Shown here in pieces: positions 1 to 8,903 of a DNA stretch of 64,000 nucleotides (its first letter is position 1; the number at the start of each line of letters is the position of its first letter). The position numbers and the translations under genes were made by a program. The notes beneath the pieces were generated by a model. The model was not told where the DNA came from and did no database searches. It saw only the letters and a list, made by a program, of their open reading frames with translations. Source of the DNA: Candidatus Moraniibacteriota bacterium (GTDB taxonomy: Bacteria; Patescibacteriota; Minisyncoccia; Moranbacterales; UBA1568). The stretch covers positions 198 through 64,197 of the forward strand of contig JAGOSP010000004.1 in the NCBI GenBank assembly GCA_018062205.1, given 5' to 3'.

Positions 1-171
1 GCAAATAAACTTAGTTCTCAAATAGTTTGGAATAATGAGTATTCGATTTTCAGGCCCTTGGCGAGCAGCTTGATACGCGTGATTAGATCTCTTTGGTTTT
101 TTGAACGATGAGTCTTGTTGGCTTGCCTGTTTAGGCGGAGCTCCTTGATGGTTTCATTCATTCAGGTTTTT

Positions 172-342
172 ATGTTTATGAAAAAATTAACAAAGAAACA
201 GTTGATATTTATAGCGTTCGGAGTACTAATTGCAGGAGAGACTGCAAATTTTTTTATCGGAGGGTCTGTAGGCCAATTTTTGGCTACAACAGGTGAAATT
301 GTTTTCTTTACTGCACTTGTTCTTCTGATGATTGTTTTCTAG
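172..342 (+). CDS. small hydrophobic hypothetical protein (about 56 aa, 2 predicted TM segments)
   Basis: ORF-track ORF 115..342 begins at TTG. An internal ATG at 172 gives MFMKKLTKKQLIFIAFGVLIAGE.., which is hydrophobic. No homology recognised. Confidence 0.25.
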   Translation: MFMKKLTKKQLIFIAFGVLIAGETANFFIGGSVGQFLATTGEIVFFTALVLLMIVF

Positions 343-612
343 TCAATAGTTTGGAATTTGTAGCATATACCGTATGTGGAATTGTTCAGGAGTATATCAG
401 GTATTCCCAAATTATTGAATCAGTATGAGTTTAAAATTTCTAAGCGCATCCTCTTGAGTGATTTCTGGAAAAAAGGTTTTAAAAAGCCTTTTTTTGTTGC
501 CTTATGTGGGAGCTGGATGATATGTATTGACTATTGTCTCTCATTCTGGGAGACTGGTTTTTCAAGAGTTATTTTTCCAATTTAAACAATCCGACTCCCT
601 TGGAGGTCACAC

Positions 613-1860
613 ATGAAATCACTCGTTCTTCGGAGTCGTGAAATCGAGGCAGCAACACAGCGTGTCTTGTCGGTGGCGGTACCTCTAGGAGCTATTTCGC
701 TTGTTACGCAGGTGCGGACGACAGTGGATGTTGATGAGGATCTTATCCCGAGTATCAAGGCACATGGACAACAAACGCCAGGCGTTGCAGTAGCACTCAC
801 TCCCGATGAGGCACGGCAATATATCGAAGAGATCAATGAGCTTTGGGGGAGTTGTCATCATATAGCTGACTTTCCGCTTGTAGAGCTTGATGGAGAGCGG
901 TACTACTTTATCTTGGTGGCGGGTCACCGTCGCTATGCTGCGTGCGCTATCCTTGCCGAAAATGCAGAACAGAATGCTGGTCAATCGGCTTTTGATGGGC
1001 GCTATCGGGTGGATATCCGATTTGGTATGCGGGTGAGCGAGACAATCCCACTTCAGTTCAATGAAAACAGGCATCAGCAGGTGCCTCCTCACGAAGAGGC
1101 TCGGGCTGCCTGGAAATTCTATCGGTGGCTCAAACGAAATGAACCAGAAATAACCATCTCTCAATTTGCTCGGAAGATCGGAAGGACGCCGGAATGGGTG
1201 CGCGGGGCATTGCGATTTTGTACACTTCCTTCTTCGGTACAGAACTACGCCGATGGAACTGACGGGTGTGTGAAACTGCCGTATAGTATTTTGACCAGTT
1301 TAGCGCGTCTTGGCGAAGGAATGTTTGAACTCACGGGCGAAGCATTTCCTGAGTTGGCGTATCACTCATGGATTGTGCGGGCTGTTGTTGGCCGGCTTAA
1401 CGCGACGGTGTTCAGGAAAACGGTGTCAGAATACCTGACATCCAAACAGCAAGAACATCGGGGCCAGCTTTCACTTTTTGGTTTGACAGAAGCGATTGTC
1501 GATGAGCGACCTCTCCGACGAGTGGTAGCTGCTCAAATGGTTCCGGCTGTTTGGACGATTCTCAGTTATTTGCAATCGTTGGAATGCGTACGAGAGAAGG
1601 GCGGTTTCGGTGATGAAAGTTATTTATCGCCAGAACTTGATTCTCGTGTGCGGACTCTCTATTCGCCAGGAAGCCCTCTGCATATTGTCACTCGTATCCT
1701 TGAGTATCTCGGGGTGCTCGTACCTCATCTTGAAGAGCTCGCTAGACGAGAGGGCAGCAGGCAGAGAAAAAAATTGCAACAAGGAGCTACGAACTTGCCG
1801 ATGGCAACAGAGCTTACCCAACAACTTTTTGCGTCGGAAAATGATGCAGCGCCCCAGTAA
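613..1860 (+). CDS. ParB/Srx-like nuclease-domain protein with central HTH
   Basis: Strong RBS (GGAGG) 7 nt before the ATG. The motif ILVAGHRRYAA matches ParB N-terminal box II (GxRRxxA). A predicted HTH is present (ITISQFARKIGRTPEWVRGAL). Local GC is clearly higher than the flanking AT-rich DNA. Confidence 0.65.
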   Translation: MKSLVLRSREIEAATQRVLSVAVPLGAISLVTQVRTTVDVDEDLIPSIKAHGQQTPGVAVALTPDEARQYIEEINELWGSCHHIADFPLVELDGERYYFILVAGHRRYAACAILAENAEQNAGQSAFDGRYRVDIRFGMRVSETIPLQFNENRHQQVPPHEEARAAWKFYRWLKRNEPEITISQFARKIGRTPEWVRGALRFCTLPSSVQNYADGTDGCVKLPYSILTSLARLGEGMFELTGEAFPELAYHSWIVRAVVGRLNATVFRKTVSEYLTSKQQEHRGQLSLFGLTEAIVDERPLRRVVAAQMVPAVWTILSYLQSLECVREKGGFGDESYLSPELDSRVRTLYSPGSPLHIVTRILEYLGVLVPHLEELARREGSRQRKKLQQGATNLPMATELTQQLFASENDAAPQ

Positions 1861-2417
1861 TATGGGGCTTTTTCTTTTCCAAATAAATACGAAGAGTTTT
1901 TGTTTTTTTCTCCAGGAAAACAATTGAACAAGGGGAGTTTCCTTGGCCTGAGAGAACAGTTGGAATTTTTTACACCACGAATTAGATACCTACATCTATG
2001 TCGTTGAACTCTATTTTTTCATTATTATCATGATCACGTGGCTTATTAACAGTTCTATTTCTCGATTTTACAAAGGTAAAAAATACACGTTGAAGTTTAG
2101 TCATCGCAAAGAGGTTTTTTAATGTCTAACGTGGGAAGCCCGTACTCATATGGGAACAATATAAAATAGTTTGGACATGTATGTAGAGAAGAAATAATTG
2201 AAAATTCTAGAGAAAGCCCGAGAAAAAATTTGCTTGTGAGGAGGTCGTTTTGGCTGCGGATATTGTGCGTCAAATAATCATCACTCTTTATGCTTCGCTT
2301 GCTTTCTCATTCTTGAATAAGGCTGGTCGTTTGTTTTTTTGCAACAAAATATTTATAACAAGCCTTTATTCTCGATATTACATGATAGAGGTATAAAAAT
2401 CTGGTATACTAATCAAG

Positions 2418-3848
2418 ATGAATAACCAAAAAAACATTGTATTTCTTTTTCGTCTCGCCGCTTTTCCGGTGCTTCTTTTTTGTTTTTTTGTTCAGAACGC
2501 TTCTGCGAAAAACTTTGATATCTATGTAGATAAAGGGGTTAAGGCAGAAGGAGACGGAAGTAAAGAATCTCCGTATGAGACTATTAGTCAAGCCCTCACA
2601 GAAGCTTTGTCAAAGAGTGTCGACAAGAGAAATATCTTTGTAGCTAAAGGGGTCTATGATGAATCACTTTTGCTGGGTGACTCTATGTATATCAGCGGAG
2701 CTGGGCGAGGGAAAACGATTATCACAGGAGATGTTTTAGTAGAGAAAAAATCAGGATTGGAAAATCTAACTATCAAGACCGAAAAGCTTGTTGCCATTAT
2801 GGTGAACGGACAGGCTGATTTTTCATTACAGAATATCGAAGTGAGCGGTTTCAGGAAAATTGGCTTACAGGCCATTCCTGGTGAGGGAAAAATTATCCTG
2901 AAGAACATCGCTATTCATGGTAGCAGCGGAAAGGGTTTGTATATACAAAAGGGGCATCGTTTAGAGATATCTGATAGTCGTATATATAAGAATGCTGAAG
3001 AAGGAGTTGATGTGAGAAACAATGTCGATGGCTTCATAAAAAATAATGCCTTGTATGAGAATGGTGAAGGGGGAATGGAAATTATTGTCGGGGATGCTGA
3101 TATGGTTATCAGTAATAATAAATTTACTCAAAATGCTGCAAGTGGTATTGCGGTTCAATTTTATGCGACTGCTAACACGGATGGACAAATTGAAATATCG
3201 AATAATACGATTACGAATAATGGGAAATATGGTCTTGATTGCAATGTTCCGAGTGGAGGCAAGCCTGGCCTGAATTATTGGAAGAGATCGATAAATCTCG
3301 AGAACAATACCATTGAAAGTAATAAAAGAAAGGAAATTAACCCATTTTGTAAGATTATCGATGCAGTGGATGCAAACGAGGAATTAGATAATAAAATCAA
3401 GGAAACAGATCCAGATGACCCAATAAATAACGGCATGAAAAATGAGAAATTTACAGCCGTAAATGTGACTGTTCTTTCAAATGAAGATTTAGAAAAAGAA
3501 AGGATTATCTGGGAGCAAGTAGAGTTGATGGCAACAGGTATTGAAGCGAGAGAAATCGCGATAGATGATCTTGGTGTGAAAATACAGAATCTGAATAAAT
3601 TGAAACTTTTTTTCTTCGGGGTAAAAAAAGAGTATCTTGAAAAATCAAAAGAAGAAATCAGGCAATCAAAAGAAATAATCGAAAATCTTAGGAGTCTTCT
3701 TACTCAAGCGCAAAGCTTTCAGAATCACGAAGAAGTGCAAAGCTTTATACAAGAAGAGGAAGTCGAAATAGTAAAGCATGAGGCTTTCATCCGAGAACAA
3801 GAAGAGGAAAATGGTATTCTCGGGTGGCGAAAATACGTAGCATTCTAG
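2418..3848 (+). CDS. secreted right-handed parallel beta-helix repeat protein (pectate-lyase/NosD-like fold) with C-terminal coiled coil
   Basis: N-terminal signal peptide (FPVLLFCFFVQNASA). The segment DIYVDKGVKAEGDGSKESPYETISQAL is typical of beta-helix (DUF1565-like) proteins. Repeated NN-rich beta-helix rungs follow. The C-terminal quarter is K/E-rich. Confidence 0.6.
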   Translation: MNNQKNIVFLFRLAAFPVLLFCFFVQNASAKNFDIYVDKGVKAEGDGSKESPYETISQALTEALSKSVDKRNIFVAKGVYDESLLLGDSMYISGAGRGKTIITGDVLVEKKSGLENLTIKTEKLVAIMVNGQADFSLQNIEVSGFRKIGLQAIPGEGKIILKNIAIHGSSGKGLYIQKGHRLEISDSRIYKNAEEGVDVRNNVDGFIKNNALYENGEGGMEIIVGDADMVISNNKFTQNAASGIAVQFYATANTDGQIEISNNTITNNGKYGLDCNVPSGGKPGLNYWKRSINLENNTIESNKRKEINPFCKIIDAVDANEELDNKIKETDPDDPINNGMKNEKFTAVNVTVLSNEDLEKERIIWEQVELMATGIEAREIAIDDLGVKIQNLNKLKLFFFGVKKEYLEKSKEEIRQSKEIIENLRSLLTQAQSFQNHEEVQSFIQEEEVEIVKHEAFIREQEEENGILGWRKYVAF

Positions 3849-3960
3849 TCTTTGGAATCCAAAGAGAAACTCTGCCTGGAGCTTTTTGTTTTCTTACGTG
3901 AATGTGGCAGGAAAGCCATTTTGATACGGCACAATTTGATCGATAATATGTCAAGGAGGC

Positions 3961-3988
3961 TTGACATATTTTTTGAATGCCTTACAAT
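3961..3988 (+). promoter_or_regulatory. sigma70-type promoter (TTGACA-16nt-TACAAT) for the XRE regulator gene
   Basis: TTGACA at 3961 and TACAAT at 3983. The upstream in-frame ATG at 3977 lies inside the promoter, which argues for the downstream start at 4019. Confidence 0.5.
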
Positions 3989-4018
3989 AAATATGTAAAG
4001 TCTATTTTACATGTTTAT

Positions 4019-4225
4019 ATGCAAGAGACTGTTGAAAACACCATAGAGAATATGCGAAGAAAGAAAGGGCTCACTCAGGAGGAATTAGCATCGGCTGTGG
4101 ATGTTACACGCCAAACAATTATTGCTCTTGAAAAGGGAAATTATACGCCCTCTGTGCTGCTAGCCCTGAAGATTGCTCGGTTTTTTCGTCTTCCAGTAGA
4201 AAAAATATTCACTCTTAAATTTTGA
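4019..4225 (+). CDS. XRE-family (Cro/C1-type) HTH transcriptional regulator
   Basis: MRRKKGLTQEELASAVDVTRQTIIALEKGNYTPSVLLALKIARFF is a canonical HTH_XRE. The start was moved to M15 of the track ORF because of the promoter position. Confidence 0.75.
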   Translation: MQETVENTIENMRRKKGLTQEELASAVDVTRQTIIALEKGNYTPSVLLALKIARFFRLPVEKIFTLKF

Positions 4226-4593
4226 GTATGAAACCCCAGTTTTTTTCAGAAAAAATCGTTTCAATATTTCTTATTTTTTTTCTTGTTTGGTTTATCAATC
4301 CATTTAGTTTTTGGATGACCGATGCCTTTCACATGACGCTTCTTGGCTTGATTGTCACATTTTTTTCCATTTTCGCGATGTTTTTGTGGGGAGAGGTTAT
4401 TTTAGATGAACGAGAACAATTACATCGTTTCATTGGGACTCGCTTCGCTTATACGGCTGGTGGAGGATTGCTTCTTGTGGGGATTATCGTACAGGCGCTT
4501 TCACATAAGATTGATCCATGGTTACCGTTGGTGTTGACGGGAATGGTGTTGGCTAAGATCGTCGGTCGATGGTATGCGGAAAAACGGTATTAA
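4222..4593 (+). CDS. small multi-TM membrane protein (DUF2178-like partner of XRE regulators)
   Basis: Its start overlaps the XRE stop (ATGA). It has 3-4 hydrophobic helices. The regulator-plus-membrane-protein arrangement is a common pair. Confidence 0.55.
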   Translation: MSMKPQFFSEKIVSIFLIFFLVWFINPFSFWMTDAFHMTLLGLIVTFFSIFAMFLWGEVILDEREQLHRFIGTRFAYTAGGGLLLVGIIVQALSHKIDPWLPLVLTGMVLAKIVGRWYAEKRY

Positions 4594-4645
4594 GGAAATA
4601 CTTGTGTAAAAAAAGAGATAAAAAAAGAAAGGAGGTGAAACAGAT

Positions 4646-5194
4646 ATGAATAAAATAATTATAGGAATTATGGTCTTAGGAAGTGCTGTCCTCGGAGGCT
4701 GGTGGTATCTGTCTAGTCAGAGAGCAATGGAAGAAGAGTCTTTGATGGAAAAGAAAGTCATGATGGAAAAAAAGACAGACGGAGTCGTCAAAGATGATGT
4801 CATAATGGAAAAGGAAGAAGACGTCATGATGAAGCAGGAAGAGGATACCGTGATGAAAAAAGAAGAGGGCGCTATGATAGTCAGGGGTGGACAGTATACC
4901 TTGTATGATGCATCAAAGGTTGCTTTCGCCAAGGATGGCAAAGTGGTACTTTTCTTCCGTGCTTCCTGGTGTCCGACTTGTCGTTCTTTGGACGGCGATA
5001 TCAAAGCAAATTTGAGTCAGATTCCACAAAATATTTTGATTCTTGATGTTGATTACGATAAGTCAACAGACCTCAAGAAGCAGTATGGAGTCACGTATCA
5101 GCACACCCTGGTGCAGGTGGATGCTTCAGGAAATATGATTACAAAGTGGTCAGGGAGCGCCGGGCTCAGCGAACTGCTTACTCAAGTAAAGTAG
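4646..5194 (+). CDS. membrane-anchored thioredoxin-like protein with Met-rich repeat linker
   Basis: N-terminal TM anchor. The repeats MEKKVMMEKK / VIMEKEEDVMMKQEEDTVMKKEEGAMI are present. A thioredoxin fold carries a WCPTC active site. RBS AAGGAGGTG. Confidence 0.75.
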   Translation: MNKIIIGIMVLGSAVLGGWWYLSSQRAMEEESLMEKKVMMEKKTDGVVKDDVIMEKEEDVMMKQEEDTVMKKEEGAMIVRGGQYTLYDASKVAFAKDGKVVLFFRASWCPTCRSLDGDIKANLSQIPQNILILDVDYDKSTDLKKQYGVTYQHTLVQVDASGNMITKWSGSAGLSELLTQVK

Positions 5195-5277
5195 TTTTGT
5201 TGTTGGGATAAAAGTAGTACACAGTTGGGACAGTTTCTGCAGAGCTGTTCCCTTGAGTAATATTTTTTCAAAATATC

Positions 5278-7041
5278 ATGACTATTCTTCTTGTATTCGC
5301 ATTTCTTTCGGGCGTCGTGACCATTTTTGCCCCATGTATATGGCCGATACTCCCTATTGTTTTGTCAACAGGTGCAACGGGAGGGGAAAGAAAACCGCTT
5401 GGCATTGTCACTGGTCTCGCTGTAAGTTTTTTGTTGGCAACTCTCACACTTGCTTTTGTGGTACAAATTATTCCGTTTGATCCGGAAATACTCCGCTTGC
5501 TCGCTGTCCTCGTGATTGCTCTTTTGGGTTTGACTTTGATTATTCCAGCTCTAGGAAGTCGGCTAGAGGGTCTCGTGAGCCGGCTGACTTCTTTTGGTGG
5601 ACGATTCACACAAAATGGAGGAACTGGTTTTTGGGGTGGCTTTATTACTGGTTTTGCATTGGGGTTAGTTTGGTCACCCTGTGCTGGGCCAATTTTGGCA
5701 ACTATTGCTACTCTTGCAGCGACTCAGGCAGTGAGCTTTCAAGTGGTTTTGGTCACCCTCGCTTTTGTTTCTGGGGTGGCGGTTCCGTTGTTTGTTTTAG
5801 CTCTTCTGGGAAAGAGAGTGCTCACGAGAACAAGAATATTAGCACCCTATACGAAGCGTATTCAACAGGTATTCGGATTGATTATGATTCTGGCAGCCGG
5901 AGCTATTTATACCGGATATGACAAAATACTCCAAACAAAACTCCTAGATACTTTTCCGGGTTATGAGAGTTTTTTGAATGGGTTGGAAAAAAATGATACG
6001 GTGAAAGAGAGGCTTGATGAGTTGAAGAATACTAATGAGAAGCGAGTTTCTCAGAAGAAAGAAGAGTCGAAAGTAAATATACGAAAAGATCTTCCTGAAT
6101 ACGGACAAGCACCCGATTTTGTTGGGATAGCGCATTGGTTGAATACCGATTCAGCACTAACTATGGAACAGTTGCGTGGAAAAGTGGTACTGATTGATTT
6201 TTGGACCTACAGCTGTATTAATTGTATCCGGACACTCCCGCATGTGACCAGTTGGTATGAAAAATACAAAGACCGGGGATTTGTGGTGATTGGAGTACAC
6301 ACACCAGAGTTTGAATTTGAGAAAAAAACGGCCAATGTGGAAAACGCTTTGGAGCGATACAAAATTCATTATCCGGTGGCTCAGGATAATAATTATGGTA
6401 CATGGCAAGCTTATAATAATCGTTATTGGCCAGCGCATTATTTGATTGATGCTGAAGGAAAAATCCGCGACTCGCATTTTGGAGAAGGCAACTATCAGGA
6501 AACAGAACTGGCCATTCAGAGTTTGCTTGAGGAAGCAGGGAGAGACGTAACTCCTAATTCAACAAGCGTGACCATGGACACTCCTGGAAAAAATAAAACC
6601 CCAGAAACATATTTGGGAAGTGATCGTATGGAGCGATTTTTATCACCTGAACGAGTGACTGGTGAGAAGCAAGTCTTCACGACACCTCCTATTCTCCGGA
6701 AGCACGATTTTGCCTATAGTGGATCTTGGAAAGTTGAATCAGAAAGGGCTTTGGCTTCCAGTAAATCAACACTCACGCTTCGTTTCGAGGGGAAGAAAGT
6801 GTTTTTGGTTCTTGCTCCACCTGAGAATACTTTATCTGGATCTGGAAGTGTCAAAGTTTTTTTGGATCAGAAGCTGATACCCAAAGAAGTGTCCGGTAAG
6901 GATGTTGTGGATGGAAAGGTGACACTAGATGCAGAAAGACTTTACGAGCTTTTTGATGGGAGAGAAATGACCGAAGAACATCTGCTTCATTTAGAATTTG
7001 AAACACCAGGGACCGCGGTGTACGCATTTACTTTTTCTTAA
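5278..7041 (+). CDS. ccdA: CcdA/DsbD-like transmembrane domain fused to TlpA/ResA-like thioredoxin domain (thiol-disulfide electron conduit)
   Basis: TM1 FAPCIWP and TM4 SPCAGP carry the CcdA cysteines. The periplasmic redoxin domain has WTYSCINC (CxxC). A C-terminal extra domain of about 170 aa is present. Confidence 0.8.
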   Translation: MTILLVFAFLSGVVTIFAPCIWPILPIVLSTGATGGERKPLGIVTGLAVSFLLATLTLAFVVQIIPFDPEILRLLAVLVIALLGLTLIIPALGSRLEGLVSRLTSFGGRFTQNGGTGFWGGFITGFALGLVWSPCAGPILATIATLAATQAVSFQVVLVTLAFVSGVAVPLFVLALLGKRVLTRTRILAPYTKRIQQVFGLIMILAAGAIYTGYDKILQTKLLDTFPGYESFLNGLEKNDTVKERLDELKNTNEKRVSQKKEESKVNIRKDLPEYGQAPDFVGIAHWLNTDSALTMEQLRGKVVLIDFWTYSCINCIRTLPHVTSWYEKYKDRGFVVIGVHTPEFEFEKKTANVENALERYKIHYPVAQDNNYGTWQAYNNRYWPAHYLIDAEGKIRDSHFGEGNYQETELAIQSLLEEAGRDVTPNSTSVTMDTPGKNKTPETYLGSDRMERFLSPERVTGEKQVFTTPPILRKHDFAYSGSWKVESERALASSKSTLTLRFEGKKVFLVLAPPENTLSGSGSVKVFLDQKLIPKEVSGKDVVDGKVTLDAERLYELFDGREMTEEHLLHLEFETPGTAVYAFTFS

Positions 7042-7087
7042 AAATAGACTGTTTTAGTCGAGTCATGAGAAATTTTACACAAAATAT

Positions 7088-8335
7088 ATGAAAATATCAC
7101 AGAGAATATGGTTGGTGATATTGGGATTTTCTCTCGCTGTAGGCTTGGTATGGTATGGGAAGTATTCTCAGAAGGTGAGCGATATCAAGATTCCCGGTAT
7201 ACCAAAACAGAATTGTTTGGAGCATAATCAAGAAAAACATATGAAAAAAACACAAGAAGAATTAAGTCAGTATCAGCGTGCCTACTTTGCTGGGGGGTGT
7301 TTCTGGTGCACAGAAAGTGATCTGCAGAAGGCTTCTGGAGTAGTCGAGGTTGTATCGGGGTATGCGGGTGGAAGGGTAGTGAATCCGACATATAGTGATG
7401 TGACGAGTGAGAAGAGCGGACATCGAGAAGCGGTGGAAATCTATTATGATGGAAAGGTAACGAGCTATGAAAATCTCGTGAAGTATCATTTGATGCATAT
7501 TGATCCGACGGATGCAGGCGGGCAGTTTTATGATCGCGGGGAGAGTTATCAGGCAGTGATTTTCTATCGTTCTGAGGAGGAGCGACTTGTAGTCGAGCGA
7601 ACGATACAGGAATTAGACAAAGCAAAAATTTTTGAGAAACCAGTCGCTGTGCGAGTTTTGCCGTATACAAATTTTTATACTGCGGAAGAGTATCACCAGA
7701 ATTATGCTGAGGAAAATACCATTAAGTATTGTGCTTATCGAGAGTCGAGCGGGCGAGATACTTTTTTGAAAAAATATTTTGAAGGGAAAACGTGGGATGA
7801 ATTACTCAGGAAGGGTACGACACAAAAAATAAACGAACCTGTTTCTTTGCAAAGTGATGATATGATTCCCGGAAAACTTGATTTTTCGCAGTATGTAAAA
7901 CCAAGCCAAGCAGAATTGCAGGCTAATCTCACCCCGCTTGAATATGAGGTGACACAAGAAGATGGGACCGAAAGACCATTTCATAATGCCTATAACGAAA
8001 ACCATGCTTCTGGAATTTACGTTGATATTGTCAGCGGCGAACCACTTTTTTCATCAAGCGACAAATATGAGAGTGGCACGGGGTGGCCAAGTTTTGTGAA
8101 GCCAATTGATAACCGGTTTATTGTGGAAAAAGTAGATGCTGGTTTTTTGAGTACGCGCACAGAGATACGGAGTAAATACGGAGATAATCATCTTGGACAT
8201 GTGTTTCCCGATGGGCCAAAGGATAGAGGTGGGATGCGCTACTGTATGAATTCCGCGGCACTTCATTTTATTCCGAAAGAATCCATGGAAAAAGAAGGAT
8301 ACGGAGATTTTCTTTCACAAGTGGATACTCAATAA
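7088..8335 (+). CDS. msrAB: membrane-anchored bifunctional peptide methionine sulfoxide reductase MsrA-MsrB
   Basis: N-terminal TM. The MsrA motif is GCFWC ([13 protein letters not shown]). The MsrB motifs are RYCMNSAAL and GHVFPDGP. Confidence 0.9.
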   Translation: MKISQRIWLVILGFSLAVGLVWYGKYSQKVSDIKIPGIPKQNCLEHNQEKHMKKTQEELSQYQRAYFAGGCFWCTESDLQKASGVVEVVSGYAGGRVVNPTYSDVTSEKSGHREAVEIYYDGKVTSYENLVKYHLMHIDPTDAGGQFYDRGESYQAVIFYRSEEERLVVERTIQELDKAKIFEKPVAVRVLPYTNFYTAEEYHQNYAEENTIKYCAYRESSGRDTFLKKYFEGKTWDELLRKGTTQKINEPVSLQSDDMIPGKLDFSQYVKPSQAELQANLTPLEYEVTQEDGTERPFHNAYNENHASGIYVDIVSGEPLFSSSDKYESGTGWPSFVKPIDNRFIVEKVDAGFLSTRTEIRSKYGDNHLGHVFPDGPKDRGGMRYCMNSAALHFIPKESMEKEGYGDFLSQVDTQ

Positions 8336-8355
8336 TTGAATTAATTCAAGAATGT

Positions 8356-8727
8356 ATGAATAAATTTCAAGAAGTTCTCAAAATGAGCGGTGTACCGGTA
8401 ATCCTTGCGTCACTGTGTTGTCTTTCACCGGTTATTCTGGTGCTACTGGGAATCTCCTCGGTGAGTTTTGCTTCTTCGCTGAGTGATACTCTGTATGGTG
8501 AGTATAAGTGGGTATTTCGTACGATTGGGTTATTGGCGCTCTTAGGATCACTGGCATACTATTTGTATCGACAGAAAGGAATCTGCTCTCTGGATGCTGC
8601 GAAACGTCGTCGGAATGAGATTATGAATTACATCGCGCTAACCCTTGTTGTTGGAGTATTCGGATATCTTTTTTTCTTGTACGTGGTTGTACACTATCTT
8701 GGTGTCTGGCTTTCAATTTGGAAATAA
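8356..8727 (+). CDS. small membrane protein with intramembrane Cys-Cys motif (MerT-like TM1)
   Basis: VPVILASLCCLSPVILVLLG resembles the CC-containing first helix of MerT-type thiol/metal transporters. Three TM segments. Confidence 0.45.
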   Translation: MNKFQEVLKMSGVPVILASLCCLSPVILVLLGISSVSFASSLSDTLYGEYKWVFRTIGLLALLGSLAYYLYRQKGICSLDAAKRRRNEIMNYIALTLVVGVFGYLFFLYVVVHYLGVWLSIWK

Positions 8728-8846
8728 TCTTTTTTGTTATTTTTTGTTCAGTTGCACTGGATGAGCACAAGAAGAAGCAGGCGGGAATTGTATACTCGAT
8801 GTGGTTTTTTGTGTGAGTACGAGCGTAAAATCAGTAGACTTCTTTA

Positions 8847-8880
8847 TAAAAAAAATTGCCCCGAGTACAAACCTCAGGGC
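8847..8880 (-). terminator. Rho-independent terminator of the GDPGP1-like gene
   Basis: On the minus strand, GCCCUGAG-GUUUGUA-CUCGGGGC (8 bp stem) is followed by UUUUUUUU. Confidence 0.6.
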
Positions 8881-8903
8881 GAAATCCAATCAAGGAGCAT
8901 TGG

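Noticed and set aside
376-585. 69-aa ORF near window start
   Set aside because: No RBS, no motif, AT-rich, and starts on an alternative codon. Insufficient support to call.
5195-5277. Hairpin GGGACAG...CTGTTCCC between the thioredoxin and ccdA genes
   Set aside because: The stem is bulged and the T-run is displaced by 8 nt. It is more likely a weak attenuator or coincidental than a terminator splitting an otherwise coherent operon.
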